Translations under genes and position numbers: made by a program | Assembly: GCA_964554895.1 (NCBI GenBank) | Contig: CAZKQM010000002.1 | Coordinates: 576-64,575, forward strand | Origin: an uncultured Maribacter sp. | Lineage (GTDB): Bacteria; Bacteroidota; Bacteroidia; Flavobacteriales; Flavobacteriaceae | Direction: 5' to 3' | DNA: 64,000 nucleotides | Shown here: piece by piece, positions 1-10,326 of the stretch | Numbering within the stretch: position 1 is the first letter of the stretch | Layout of the letters: each line of letters opens with the position of its first letter | Notes under the pieces: generated by a model | Databases searched by the model: none | What the model saw: the letters and a program-made list of their open reading frames with translations, nothing else | What the model was told of the DNA's origin: nothing

Positions 1-1944
1 AGTGTTCTTATCCTAGTGTATTTAGCGTCCTTGGGTACGCTAATCGCCCAAGAAGAAAATAACTTAGTTGAAAATTTTTTCGAAGAGTTTCAAAATGAGG
101 CTTCAGCTGAAGATAGATTCAATTACTTTTTCAATACCCCAAATCCGTATAACCAAAACTCTGCCTATGATTGGCTTGAAGTAGTAAATTTATATTTAAA
201 TCACTCGGTTAAAACAAAGGATACTATAGCAACCATACATTATAACCTTCTTAAGTCTCAAATTCAATTTGATTTAGGAAATTATGACAAAAGTATAGAA
301 CTATCAAAAGTTATCTATCTGCAAAAAAATAAATTAGAGTTCGCTTCAAAAAGTATTTTATTAGAATTAATGGATAAAGCTTACGGGGGGCTTGAGCTTT
401 TTGATAAGCAAATTGAGATTAGAAAAGAGAAGAAAAGAATAGGAATCAATACCAATATTGCTTTTTATGATATTTATTCAAACCTCGGTTTGCATAAAGA
501 AGCAATGGAAGATTATTTTGAAAATGAGAAGAAAAAGGTTGATGAACAAAATTATTTTGGTCAAGCCGTTTTTTGGAATAATGTAGGTACCTATTTGCGC
601 CTTGATAAATCATATCCTACAGCCTTTTCAAATTATAATAAAGCAAGTGCATTTATAAAATTGTTTCAAAGTGATATTCTTATTGAAAAATCAGAATTAG
701 AAGAACTTGATGGTAAAATACTTGCTGCCATAATTGAGGGTAATATAGGTAAAAGTCATTTAAAACTAAAGAATCCTGAACGTGCTATTCCGTTTTTAGA
801 GCGAAGTATCGATAGTCTAACCATCTACAATGCCGGAAAGTATTCTACTGAACTAATTGAAAACAAGCTTGAAATCGCCGAGTGCTATTTAAAATTAAAT
901 GACTTAGAAAAAACGACTGATTATTTAATCGGCGCACAACGCCCGCGTAAAATTGAAAATGTCATTAAGCGTAATAGATTAACAGCCTCTTTTTATACAG
1001 CAACCAACAATTTAAAAGCTGCCGGTGAATTTCTTAAAAAAAATGAACGTATATACGATTCTATCAGTGAAAGTAAGGCGAGACTCTATCAAAAACAACT
1101 TTCAGCTGTTATTGGGGCAGATAAGGCCAATGCAGCAAGAATATTAGAAGAACAGCGTGAAGCCATCAAACAATCTAAATTAGAACTTGATGAAAAAGAT
1201 AAAAATATAAGCTACATTTTCATCTTTTTAGTCTTTGCACTTTTAGGTATAACCGGCCTGGTATATGCCTATGTTCGCAGTATAAAAAGTCAGCGTTTGA
1301 TTGAAGATCAAAAACGTATTATTGAAAATGCTCTTGTTGAAAAAGACTCGCTCTTAAAAGAGATACATCATAGGGTAAAGAATAACCTTCAAATGGTGTC
1401 TAGTTTATTGAGCCTACAAACTAAAAACACGAGGAGCAAGGCTGCCATTGAGGCACTTGAAGAAGGTAAGAGTAGGGTTAAAGCAATGGCTTTAATTCAT
1501 CAAAAATTATATCAAAATGATGATCTTTCTGTGATTGAAATGCAAGGGTACATCGAAAGTTTGATTAATAGCGTGCGTTCTGTTTACAAGAAAGGCGGAC
1601 ACAATATTTCAATTACCATTGATGCCGAAGGGGTTGAACTTGATATTGATCGGGCAATTCCTTTCGGATTGATTTTAAATGAACTAGTTTCAAATTCATT
1701 TAAATATGCTTTTCCTGAAAATGATGAACATGGTAAAATTTATATCCATATTCGAAAAATAAACGGTCAAGATGGCTTTTTTGAATATACTGACAATGGG
1801 GTAGGCTTACCTGAAGATACTAAAGAAAGAACTAATTCGTCAATGGGTATTCGTTTGATGAATCGTTTGGCAAATCAATTGCAATCAAAATTGAATATTG
1901 ATAATACCTCTGAAGGCGTACGGTTTTGGTTTAATTTTAAATAA
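1..1944 (+). CDS. Membrane sensor histidine kinase, HisKA_2/HWE type, with large TPR-like extracytoplasmic region; 5' end probably outside the window
   Basis: H-box EIHHRVKNNLQ, N-box ELVSNSFKYAF, G1 box DNGVG, one TM segment (ISYIFIFLVFALLGITGLVYAYV). The frame is open back to base 1. Confidence 0.88.
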   Translation, partial: SVLILVYLASLGTLIAQEENNLVENFFEEFQNEASAEDRFNYFFNTPNPYNQNSAYDWLEVVNLYLNHSVKTKDTIATIHYNLLKSQIQFDLGNYDKSIELSKVIYLQKNKLEFASKSILLELMDKAYGGLELFDKQIEIRKEKKRIGINTNIAFYDIYSNLGLHKEAMEDYFENEKKKVDEQNYFGQAVFWNNVGTYLRLDKSYPTAFSNYNKASAFIKLFQSDILIEKSELEELDGKILAAIIEGNIGKSHLKLKNPERAIPFLERSIDSLTIYNAGKYSTELIENKLEIAECYLKLNDLEKTTDYLIGAQRPRKIENVIKRNRLTASFYTATNNLKAAGEFLKKNERIYDSISESKARLYQKQLSAVIGADKANAARILEEQREAIKQSKLELDEKDKNISYIFIFLVFALLGITGLVYAYVRSIKSQRLIEDQKRIIENALVEKDSLLKEIHHRVKNNLQMVSSLLSLQTKNTRSKAAIEALEEGKSRVKAMALIHQKLYQNDDLSVIEMQGYIESLINSVRSVYKKGGHNISITIDAEGVELDIDRAIPFGLILNELVSNSFKYAFPENDEHGKIYIHIRKINGQDGFFEYTDNGVGLPEDTKERTNSSMGIRLMNRLANQLQSKLNIDNTSEGVRFWFNFK

Positions 1945-1947
1945 ATC

Positions 1948-2739
1948 TCAGTTAGTTCTGTTGACCACCATGCGGTGTAATAGTTTCGGAAAGAAACGTT
2001 TGACATAAACACCCAACACTTCAAAACCACCCATATAAGCTTCATATTTTTTACGCTCTATTGCGCGAATCATTTTTTGCGTAAAAACGTCAACTTTTAA
2101 TCCATTTTGATTTTCAGTATCATGTTTATTTTGGGCACTGCCATTTGCGGTAAGCGCGTTTTTGTCGACATTGGTTTGCACATAGCCAGGGCAAATTAAA
2201 CTAACATGAATGCCATCTTTCTCATGTTCTTGACGCAGTACATCAAAGAAACCATGTAAGGCATGTTTGGCACCGCAATAACCCGATCTGTGCGGGCCAC
2301 CAAATTTTCCCATCAAACTTGTAACGGTAACAAAGTGTCCGTTTTTATTTGAAATGAAATGCGGTAAGATTGCTTTAGTTAAGGCAAGGGTACCTATATA
2401 GTTAACATCAATTAATTTTTGATAAACACTGAGTTGGGTTTCAATTATTTTTGAACGTTGGCTAAGTCCCGCATTATTAATGAGCATATCAATTTTTCCA
2501 AAAGAGTTGATAGCCTGCTGCACTAACGCATTCATAGTATCGGTTTTTTGTAAATCAAGGGGTATAATTTTAATATTTTCTTTATGACTACAATGTGATT
2601 GAACCTTAAGTAGTTCTTTCTCTCTTCTTGAAGATAGTATCAATTTACAGTTTTGTTTATCAAGTGCGTATGCAAGTGCTTCGCCTATTCCTGATGAAGC
2701 ACCCGTAATCCAAACTGTCTTACCGTCAATCTTGCTCAT
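1948..2739 (-). CDS. Short-chain dehydrogenase/reductase (DHRS7-like)
   Basis: TGASSGIG cofactor motif, NNAG, catalytic YCGAK. Confidence 0.9.
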   Translation of the reverse strand: MSKIDGKTVWITGASSGIGEALAYALDKQNCKLILSSRREKELLKVQSHCSHKENIKIIPLDLQKTDTMNALVQQAINSFGKIDMLINNAGLSQRSKIIETQLSVYQKLIDVNYIGTLALTKAILPHFISNKNGHFVTVTSLMGKFGGPHRSGYCGAKHALHGFFDVLRQEHEKDGIHVSLICPGYVQTNVDKNALTANGSAQNKHDTENQNGLKVDVFTQKMIRAIERKKYEAYMGGFEVLGVYVKRFFPKLLHRMVVNRTN

Positions 2740-2767
2740 TACTTTTAGTTTTAGATGAAAATATAGG

Positions 2768-2775
2768 TATTTTTG
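2768..2775 (+). promoter_or_regulatory. Bacteroidota primary-sigma -7 box for menC operon
   Basis: TATTTTTG matches TAnnTTTG, 10 nt before the ATG. Confidence 0.5.
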
Positions 2776-2785
2776 AACACAACTG

Positions 2786-3838
2786 ATGAAAGCAAGCTAT
2801 AAAAAATACATTCTCAATTTCAAGCGACCAAGTGGCACATCACGTGGGGTATTGCATACCAAAGAAACTTGGTTTTTAATTCTTGAAGAGAACAAAAAAT
2901 TAGGTTTTGGCGAATGCGGAATATTAAGAGGGTTAAGTATTGATGATCGCTCTGATTATGAGAATAAATTGCAATGGGTTTGCGAAAATATTCATTTGGG
3001 TAAACATGTTTTGTATCAAAAATTAGAAGCATATCCGAGCATTCAATTTGGTGTTGAACAGGCTTTTTTATCATTTAATGCAGCTCATCCTTTTGAGCTT
3101 TTTTCATCAGATTTTATCAGTAAGCAAAAACCTATACCAATCAATGGTTTAGTCTGGATGGGCGATGAAGCTTTTATGAAAGAACAAATTCAACAAAAAA
3201 TTGCAGAAGGTTTTCAATGTATCAAAATGAAAATTGGGGCTATTGATTTTGATCAAGAGATATCCCTTTTAAAATCGATTAGAAAACACTTTCAAAAAGA
3301 TGTTATCGAGCTCCGGGTTGATGCTAACGGTGCATTCGCGATTCATGATGCTGAAAAAAAACTAAATATTTTAGCCCATCTTGATATTCATTCCATAGAA
3401 CAACCTATTCGACAAGGGCAAATTACTGAAATGGCGAAACTTTGCAGCCAAACTCCCTTACCAATTGCCTTAGATGAAGAACTAATTGGCATTTTTGACA
3501 AAAACGAAAAAGAAAAGCTCTTGCAGAATATAAAGCCTCAATTCATCATTCTAAAACCAAGTTTAATTGGGGGCTTCAAAGGCAGTTTAGAATGGATTCA
3601 GTTAGCTGAAGAGTTGAATATTGGTTGGTGGGTAACCAGCGCCCTTGAAAGTAATATTGGCTTAAATGCGATTGCACAATGGACGAATACTTTAAATAAT
3701 AAGCTACCACAGGGCCTAGGAACAGGAAGTCTATACACCAATAATTTCTATTGCCCTTTGACCGTTGCCAAAGGAACATTATATTACGATCAAAACAAGA
3801 ATTGGAAACCCAACTTAATTAAAGAATTATGTATATAG
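2786..3838 (+). CDS. menC: o-succinylbenzoate synthase
   Basis: Enolase-superfamily motifs KMKIG, RVDANG, IEQP, ALDEEL, ILKP; menE homolog lies downstream. Confidence 0.88.
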   Translation: MKASYKKYILNFKRPSGTSRGVLHTKETWFLILEENKKLGFGECGILRGLSIDDRSDYENKLQWVCENIHLGKHVLYQKLEAYPSIQFGVEQAFLSFNAAHPFELFSSDFISKQKPIPINGLVWMGDEAFMKEQIQQKIAEGFQCIKMKIGAIDFDQEISLLKSIRKHFQKDVIELRVDANGAFAIHDAEKKLNILAHLDIHSIEQPIRQGQITEMAKLCSQTPLPIALDEELIGIFDKNEKEKLLQNIKPQFIILKPSLIGGFKGSLEWIQLAEELNIGWWVTSALESNIGLNAIAQWTNTLNNKLPQGLGTGSLYTNNFYCPLTVAKGTLYYDQNKNWKPNLIKELCI

Positions 3839-4818
3839 AGCAGGCCTACAAAGGACTAAGCGACTCTTGGCGCTATATTTTAGGTATAATCGCGGTATTT
3901 ATTTTTTGGAATTTTATTGGTGGTATTCCGCTAATCGCAGCACTTATAATTAAATCAGGTTCTTTTGAAGCTATCGGTAATGGCGAGATAGGAGGTATGG
4001 CAGAAATTTTGGGTTCAAACAGCTTTTTATTTTACATGCTACTGACATTTGTAATTGGTTTAATTGGTTTGTTAGCTTGGACAACGCTGCTTCACAAGCA
4101 ACCCCTTTTAGAGTTAACCACTTCTCGTAAAAAGGTGGATTGGAACCGCATCATATTTGCATTTGTTGTTTGGGGGGTTATATCAACAACCTTTGTTTTG
4201 ATTGATATACAAATGAGTCCTGATAACTACGTGTTCAATTTTAAGTTTGAACCTTTTTTAATCTTAGCATTGATTGCTATTATAATGATACCACTTCAAA
4301 CAAGTTTTGAAGAGTATTTTTTTAGAGGATATATGATGCAGGGTTTAGGTTTAATGGCTAAAAACCGTTGGGTTCCGCTAATCATTACTTCAGTAATTTT
4401 TGGTGGAATGCACCTTTTTAATCCAGAGGTAGAAAAATTAGGTTATGGCATCATGGTTTTTTACATAGGCACCGGATTATTTTTAGGAATTTTGACTTTG
4501 ATGGATGAAGGACTAGAATTGGCTCTAGGTTTTCACGCAGCCAATAATTTGTTTACCGCACTTTTAGTAACTGCAGAATGGACGGCCTTTCAAACGCATT
4601 CAATCTATAAAGATGTTTCTGAACCTATTTTGGGGTGGGATGTTTTAGTGCCTGTACTGGTAATTTATCCTATTATTTTATTTGTCTTTGGTAAAAAATA
4701 TAAATGGACAAACTGGGCAGAACGCCTTGCAGGAGAAGTAAAACAGCCCAATTCTGAATTTGATGAATTTATTAAAAGTGACTCAAGTAGTGGTGACGAA
4801 AACCATTCTTTAAATTAA
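3829..4818 (+). CDS. CPBP (CAAX/Abi) family intramembrane metalloprotease
   Basis: EEYFFRG, FGGMH and HAANN motifs; multiple TM helices. Confidence 0.9.
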   Translation: MYIEQAYKGLSDSWRYILGIIAVFIFWNFIGGIPLIAALIIKSGSFEAIGNGEIGGMAEILGSNSFLFYMLLTFVIGLIGLLAWTTLLHKQPLLELTTSRKKVDWNRIIFAFVVWGVISTTFVLIDIQMSPDNYVFNFKFEPFLILALIAIIMIPLQTSFEEYFFRGYMMQGLGLMAKNRWVPLIITSVIFGGMHLFNPEVEKLGYGIMVFYIGTGLFLGILTLMDEGLELALGFHAANNLFTALLVTAEWTAFQTHSIYKDVSEPILGWDVLVPVLVIYPIILFVFGKKYKWTNWAERLAGEVKQPNSEFDEFIKSDSSSGDENHSLN

Positions 4819-4824
4819 ATTTTG

Positions 4825-5916
4825 ATGACGAAAAATGATGGGTACATCCATCCAGATTTTAAGCTGAACGGAAAAACATATTCCCCATCAGAAATTAGAA
4901 CATTTGCATCAACTACTTTAAAAACAAGATTTCCTTTTGAAAAAGACCTAGGCGAATTTTTATTACAATGGTTTAGCCCAGCTAATGAAATAGAAGTACA
5001 GACATCAGGCTCAACAGGTGTGCCCAAGATCATAAAACTTCAGAAATCGCAAATGGCCAATTCGGCCAAAGCCACAGCTTCCTGTTTTAATTTACCCTCA
5101 AAAACAAGAGCATTACTTTGTTTGCCCGCCAAATATATTGCTGGTAAAATGATGTTGGTAAGAGCCATGCTCTTGGGTTGGCATTTAGATTATGTTGTGC
5201 CAAGTTCAAGTCCGTTAGATTCTAGTTCAAAAACGTATGATTTTTCAGCCATGGTGCCCTTACAACTTGAAAATTCACTAGAACATATTGAAAGAATAAA
5301 AACCCTACTTGTTGGTGGGGCTCAGGTATCAATTACTTTGAAAGAAAAGCTAAAAGAATTAAGCACATCAATATTTGAAACCTACGGCATGACAGAAACA
5401 TGTACCCATGTTGCGGCTAGACCAATAAACAAATTTAAAGCTTCCATCTCATCGAACGGAGTCGAGATGCCCTTTTTAGCTTTACCTAAAGTTAAATTTA
5501 CCATTGATAACCGAGAATGTCTCATTATTTCTGCCCCGAAAGTAGCCGATGGTTTAGTCGTGACCAATGATATCATAAAACTCAATTCAGATACTGAATT
5601 TGAATGGTTGGGGCGTTTTGATAATGTTATCAATTCTGGGGGTGTGAAATTGATTCCTGAGCAAATCGAGAAAAAATTAAAAGAAGCAATTGAAGAGCCT
5701 TTTTTTGTGGCCGGAATTCCTGATGAGCAATTGGGTCAAAAATTGGTAGTAGTAGTTGAAGGCAATAATGTAGAAGAGGATCTTAGAAAAAGCCTGAAGG
5801 TTTTGACTCATTTGACTAACTATGAGCGTCCCAAAAATATTTATGAGTTAGCTGCTTTTGTTTATACTGAAACGGGTAAAATTAAGCGCTCAGAAACCCT
5901 AGCCTTGTTGCCATAG
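4825..5916 (+). CDS. menE: O-succinylbenzoate--CoA ligase (AMP-binding)
   Basis: TSGSTGVPK P-loop, YGMTET, GRFDNVINSGG; short Bacteroidota-type MenE next to menC. ATG 4825 preferred to TTG 4822. Confidence 0.85.
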   Translation: MTKNDGYIHPDFKLNGKTYSPSEIRTFASTTLKTRFPFEKDLGEFLLQWFSPANEIEVQTSGSTGVPKIIKLQKSQMANSAKATASCFNLPSKTRALLCLPAKYIAGKMMLVRAMLLGWHLDYVVPSSSPLDSSSKTYDFSAMVPLQLENSLEHIERIKTLLVGGAQVSITLKEKLKELSTSIFETYGMTETCTHVAARPINKFKASISSNGVEMPFLALPKVKFTIDNRECLIISAPKVADGLVVTNDIIKLNSDTEFEWLGRFDNVINSGGVKLIPEQIEKKLKEAIEEPFFVAGIPDEQLGQKLVVVVEGNNVEEDLRKSLKVLTHLTNYERPKNIYELAAFVYTETGKIKRSETLALLP

Positions 5917-6013
5917 TATCTTTCCCTCAGTGAAAAGCTTGTTTCACTCACTTTACATTTTTTAAGATTGACATATCAGGTAGGTTTACACTGAATTTAA
6001 AATCAATCTATAT

Positions 6014-6661
6014 ATGAAACAATCCATTTTAATACTCGCTAGTATACTCATCACTTTTTCTGGTTTCGGTCAAACAGAAATTACTAAAGATTCTTTGTCA
6101 AATAATCAGAAGAAAGCTGAAAGTGTTGTCATAAGATGTGGTTCTTCAATTACAAATTACAAAGGGCCACTTTATATAATTGATGGCGTTCCTTTTTCAC
6201 ATTCTGACTCTACAAATATTTGGAGAGTTGGTCGGTTCAGAGAATTAGACCCCAACAATATAGTATCGATAGAAGTTCTTCAAGGACTTGATGCAGTGGC
6301 GCTTTTCGGAAGCCAAGGTAAAAATGGAGTAGTATTAATTACAACCCAAGATGGACGAGCAACCCAAACTGTTATACCAAAAAACTACGCATTTAAGGTA
6401 TATCAAATACCCAATGAAAATTGGACCACACAACAGGAGATGTATAATGCTATTTCAGCCAAAGTTCCGAGTGTACAAATTGAACAAGCAACCAATAATT
6501 CAACGCCTAATATAAGTATGCGTGGCGATGATACTACCATTGTTATTGTTGATGGTGTTAGATATGATGCCTCTATTTTAAATACCTTAAACCCGCAAAA
6601 TATAGAATCTGTAAAAGTTTCGAATTTTCCGGGTGCGCAAAACTTTTTTATTAATCAATAA
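6014..6661 (+). CDS. Exported protein with two TonB-dependent-receptor plug-like segments and no beta-barrel
   Basis: Signal peptide; PLYIIDGVP...LDPNNIVSIEVLQG...ALFGSQGKNGVVLITT; second IVIVDGVRY...LNPQNIESVKV. Confidence 0.75.
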   Translation: MKQSILILASILITFSGFGQTEITKDSLSNNQKKAESVVIRCGSSITNYKGPLYIIDGVPFSHSDSTNIWRVGRFRELDPNNIVSIEVLQGLDAVALFGSQGKNGVVLITTQDGRATQTVIPKNYAFKVYQIPNENWTTQQEMYNAISAKVPSVQIEQATNNSTPNISMRGDDTTIVIVDGVRYDASILNTLNPQNIESVKVSNFPGAQNFFINQ

Positions 6662-6671
6662 ATACACAACC

Positions 6672-8816
6672 ATGAAAAAATTTACATTCATTTGGTTAGT
6701 TCTTTTAATGACGACCAATTTAACCGCACAAATAAAAAAAATAACAGGTACAGTAACTGATTTTGATGGCGCACCTTTTCCGGGCGTAACCGTTGCCGTT
6801 GAAAAAACAAATGTTGCGGTATTAACAAATTTTGAGGGTTATTATGAAATAGAGGGTTTAGATAATCAAAAGCTTGTTTTTTCATTTATAGGTCGAAAAA
6901 CGGTGAAAATACCCATCGGGTCTTCAAATGTTATCAATGTTCAATTAGAAGATGACACTCAGTATTTAGAAGAAGTAGTTGTAACCGCTCAAGGTATTAG
7001 AAGAGAAAAAAAAGCTTTAGGTTATGCAGTTAGCTCAGTTGGTTCTCATCAACTGAGTAAAAGAAAAAATAGAAAAGCTGCTCGTGCTCTTTCAGGAAAA
7101 GTATCTGGTGTACAGATAACCTCAGCTGGTGGTGCATCAGGTTCTGCCACCAATGTTAAAATTAGAGGCTATAGTTCTTTTAATGCAAGTAATAAAGCTT
7201 TGTTCATAGTTGATGGTGTGCCTATTGATACTAGAAGCAATAATGTACTTTCACAAATCAACCCTGAGGATATCAACAAAGTTGAAGTATTAAATGGTTT
7301 AGCGGCAGCTACTCTTTACGGTAAACAAGGTCAAGGTGGTGTAATTCTGGTGTCCACGAAAAAAGGAGATTTTAAAATTAATAGTAGTGAAAATGTCATT
7401 GTCAATCCTTTTGAGAATAACGAACATTATGAGGCGATTACTGAAAACAGTTTTGAAAGAGTAGCTTTGAATCCCCTTTCAACTTTCGCCATAGATGTTG
7501 ATAAGGCTGGTTATAGCAATGTAAGAAGGTTCATTAACAGAGGGCAAAAAGTACCTGTTGATGCCGTGAAGATTGAAGAAATGGTTAATTATTTTGATTA
7601 TGAATATCAGCAACCAAACGGAGAACATCCTTTTTCAATTCATACTGAAGCTGCGTTAACGCCTTGGAATTCGAAAACAAAATTGGTTCGTATTGGCCTT
7701 CAAGGTAAGACCTATGAAAATGAAGAATTGCCCGCCTCGAACCTAACTTTTTTAATTGATGTTTCAGGTTCAATGAATAGTCCTAATAAATTACCACTAT
7801 TAAAATCGGCTTTCAGATTATTAGTAAATCAGCTTCGAGAAAAGGATAAAGTGTCGATTGTAGTTTATGCTGGAGCGGCAGGAGTGGTGCTAAAACCTAC
7901 ACGTGGCAGTAACAAAGAGAAAATTCTTAACGCTTTAAATAATCTATCTGCGGGAGGTTCTACGGCAGGTGGAGAAGGTATAGAATTGGCCTACAAATTG
8001 GCAGCAGAGAATTATAAAGAAAACGGAAATAATCGCGTTATTTTGGCTACTGATGGCGATTTTAATGTGGGCGCTTCTAGTAATAAAGCCATGGAAAAAT
8101 TGATTGAAGAAAAAAGAAAATCAGGTGTATTTCTTTCTGTGCTGGGTTTTGGAATGGGAAATTACCAAGACTCAAAGTTAGAAACTCTTGCTGATAAGGG
8201 TAATGGAAATCACGCCTATATCGATACTATGCAAGAAGCACAAAAGGTTTTTGGTAAGGAGTTTGGTGGCACGCTGTATACCATTGCCAAAGATGTTAAA
8301 ATTCAGGTAGAGTTTAATCCTAGTCAAATTCAAGCATACCGCTTGATTGGATATGAAAATCGCCTTTTAGAAGATGAAGATTTTATTGATGATACTAAAG
8401 ATGCAGGAGAATTAGGAAGCGGACACAAAGTAACTGCATTGTATGAAGTGATACCTGTTGGGGTTGAGAGTGCGTATATTAAAGATAATCTTGATTTAAA
8501 ATATACCAAGTCAACGGTAAACACAGAATTATCAGATGAGTTGTTGACAGTGAAATTTCGATATAAAAAGCCGAAGGGTACAAAAAGTATTGAAATGGTT
8601 GAAGTGATGAAAAATACAGCTTCTGAAATGTCTTCCGATTTTAAATTTGCTGCCGCTGTTGCCTTATACGGTATGCATTTAAAAAATTCTAATTATATAA
8701 ATGAAACAAAATTAAAAGATGTCATTAGTCTGGCTGAAAAAGGAAAGGGTAAGGACCATAATGGGTATCGCTCTGAATTTATTCGATTGGTGTCAGCAAC
8801 AGAAAGTTTGCCTTAA
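6672..8816 (+). CDS. SusC-like N-terminus (carboxypeptidase-regulatory-like domain + TonB plug) fused to YfbK-type vWA/DUF3520 module
   Basis: LEEVVVTAQGIRREKKALGYAV, FIVDGVP, TLYGKQGQGGVILVST; then MIDAS DVSGS, ILATDGDFNVG, YRLIGYENR. ATG 6672 gives a clean signal peptide. Confidence 0.85.
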   Translation: MKKFTFIWLVLLMTTNLTAQIKKITGTVTDFDGAPFPGVTVAVEKTNVAVLTNFEGYYEIEGLDNQKLVFSFIGRKTVKIPIGSSNVINVQLEDDTQYLEEVVVTAQGIRREKKALGYAVSSVGSHQLSKRKNRKAARALSGKVSGVQITSAGGASGSATNVKIRGYSSFNASNKALFIVDGVPIDTRSNNVLSQINPEDINKVEVLNGLAAATLYGKQGQGGVILVSTKKGDFKINSSENVIVNPFENNEHYEAITENSFERVALNPLSTFAIDVDKAGYSNVRRFINRGQKVPVDAVKIEEMVNYFDYEYQQPNGEHPFSIHTEAALTPWNSKTKLVRIGLQGKTYENEELPASNLTFLIDVSGSMNSPNKLPLLKSAFRLLVNQLREKDKVSIVVYAGAAGVVLKPTRGSNKEKILNALNNLSAGGSTAGGEGIELAYKLAAENYKENGNNRVILATDGDFNVGASSNKAMEKLIEEKRKSGVFLSVLGFGMGNYQDSKLETLADKGNGNHAYIDTMQEAQKVFGKEFGGTLYTIAKDVKIQVEFNPSQIQAYRLIGYENRLLEDEDFIDDTKDAGELGSGHKVTALYEVIPVGVESAYIKDNLDLKYTKSTVNTELSDELLTVKFRYKKPKGTKSIEMVEVMKNTASEMSSDFKFAAAVALYGMHLKNSNYINETKLKDVISLAEKGKGKDHNGYRSEFIRLVSATESLP

Positions 8817-8818
8817 TT

Positions 8819-8843
8819 AAAAGTGCCTTCGGGCACTTTTTTT
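8819..8843 (+). terminator. Intrinsic terminator
   Basis: aaaagtgcc-ttcg-ggcactttt hairpin with cUUCGg loop, followed by a T run. Confidence 0.85.
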
Positions 8844-8925
8844 GTTTCGTTAAGAATTGTACAAGGTAAATAAGTTCATTTTAATTCATGTATAAATTTG
8901 TATTTTCATAGTTCAAACATAAACT

Positions 8926-10272
8926 ATGAAATTCATTTTCAGCTTTATATTAGGCTTACTCTCTCTACAACTCATGGCGCAACAAATACTTCCTGAAAAA
9001 GAAAGAGCAAATGTTGTTGATGAACTTTTGGCCGATCGTTTCAATAATTTACTACCTGAGTTAATGGATATAACGGCTATTGATATGTGGATTCTCATTT
9101 CACGAGAATATAATGAAGACCCCGTTTTAAAAACCATGTTGCCTGCCAAATGGTTGAATGCCAGGCGAAGAACTGTACTGGTATTCTATAGAGATAAAAC
9201 CAAAAATACCATTGAAAAACTTGCAGTTGCGCGCTATAATGTGGGTAAAAATATAGTATCTGCATGGGATAAAGAAAAAGAACCCAATCAATGGAAACGT
9301 TTGATGGAATTGATTGAAGAAAGAAATCCGAAGAAAATAGGATTGAATTTTTCTAAAGACCACAATATTGCAGACGGTTTAGATAAAACCGATTATGATG
9401 AATTTATGCAGAACCTTCCGCAAAAATATCATAAAAAAGTAGTTTCCGCAGAGCAATTGGCAGTACGATGGATCGAAACGCGCACTGAACGTGAAATGGT
9501 TATTTACAATCAATTGGTAAATATTACCCATGATATTATTGCCGAAGCGTTTTCAGAAAAAGTAATAACACCAGGTGTGACTACAACCACAGCGGTAGAG
9601 TGGTGGATGCGTCAAAAAGTAACAGATTTAGGCTTAGAGACATGGTTTCATCCTACCGTTGATGTACAGCGAACCAGTGAAGAATTGGTAGGTCATCTCT
9701 ATTCTTTTTCAGGCAGACCTGACGATACAATTATATTACCAGGCGATTTATTGCACTGTGATTTTGGTATTACCTACTTGCGTTTAAATACTGATTGTCA
9801 AGAATTAGCCTATGTTTTGCGGCCTAATGAGAAAGCAGCACCGAAGTTTTTGGTAGATGGCTTAGCTGCCGGAAATAAAGTTCAAGATTTTTTGACGTCA
9901 AATATGATACAAGGTAGAACTGGAAATGAAATTTTAGCGAAAGCATTGTCAGAAGCAAAAACTGCTGGCTTAAGACCAGCTATTTATACGCATCCCTTAG
10001 GTATGTATGGCCATTCAGCTGGCACCACTATTGGTATGTGGGATTCGCAAGGTGGCGTTATGAAAGATGATGGAGAAAATTATCCTCTCAACACCAATAC
10101 TGTCTATGCTATTGAATTAAATTCAACGATTGCTATACCAGAATGGAAAAGAGATATACGCATTATGTTAGAAGAAGCAGGTTTTTATGGCGAACAAGGA
10201 TTTCGCTATGTTAATGGCAGGCAAACTAAGTTATTGTTGATTCCGAGAGTGAAAACGCATCAGGCTAATTGA
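8926..10272 (+). CDS. Exported M24-family (Xaa-Pro aminopeptidase-like) metallopeptidase
   Basis: HCDFG...NTD, YTHPLG..GH, AIE and MLEE metal-ligand pattern; signal peptide; TAAATTTG box at 8893-8900. Confidence 0.8.
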   Translation: MKFIFSFILGLLSLQLMAQQILPEKERANVVDELLADRFNNLLPELMDITAIDMWILISREYNEDPVLKTMLPAKWLNARRRTVLVFYRDKTKNTIEKLAVARYNVGKNIVSAWDKEKEPNQWKRLMELIEERNPKKIGLNFSKDHNIADGLDKTDYDEFMQNLPQKYHKKVVSAEQLAVRWIETRTEREMVIYNQLVNITHDIIAEAFSEKVITPGVTTTTAVEWWMRQKVTDLGLETWFHPTVDVQRTSEELVGHLYSFSGRPDDTIILPGDLLHCDFGITYLRLNTDCQELAYVLRPNEKAAPKFLVDGLAAGNKVQDFLTSNMIQGRTGNEILAKALSEAKTAGLRPAIYTHPLGMYGHSAGTTIGMWDSQGGVMKDDGENYPLNTNTVYAIELNSTIAIPEWKRDIRIMLEEAGFYGEQGFRYVNGRQTKLLLIPRVKTHQAN

Positions 10273-10326
10273 GTAAAAAATTGTGTTTTTACGTTTTTTT
10301 TATTAAATTAAAGAAAAAAAATAGCA

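Noticed and set aside
1948-2739. SDR as the capnine reductase CapC
   Set aside because: It is a generic classical SDR 33 kb from capAB; nothing in the sequence links it.
5980-5995. TCAG(G/A)TAG shared upstream of 6014 and 11651 as an ECF -10 element
   Set aside because: No matching -35 at consistent spacing; too short to support.
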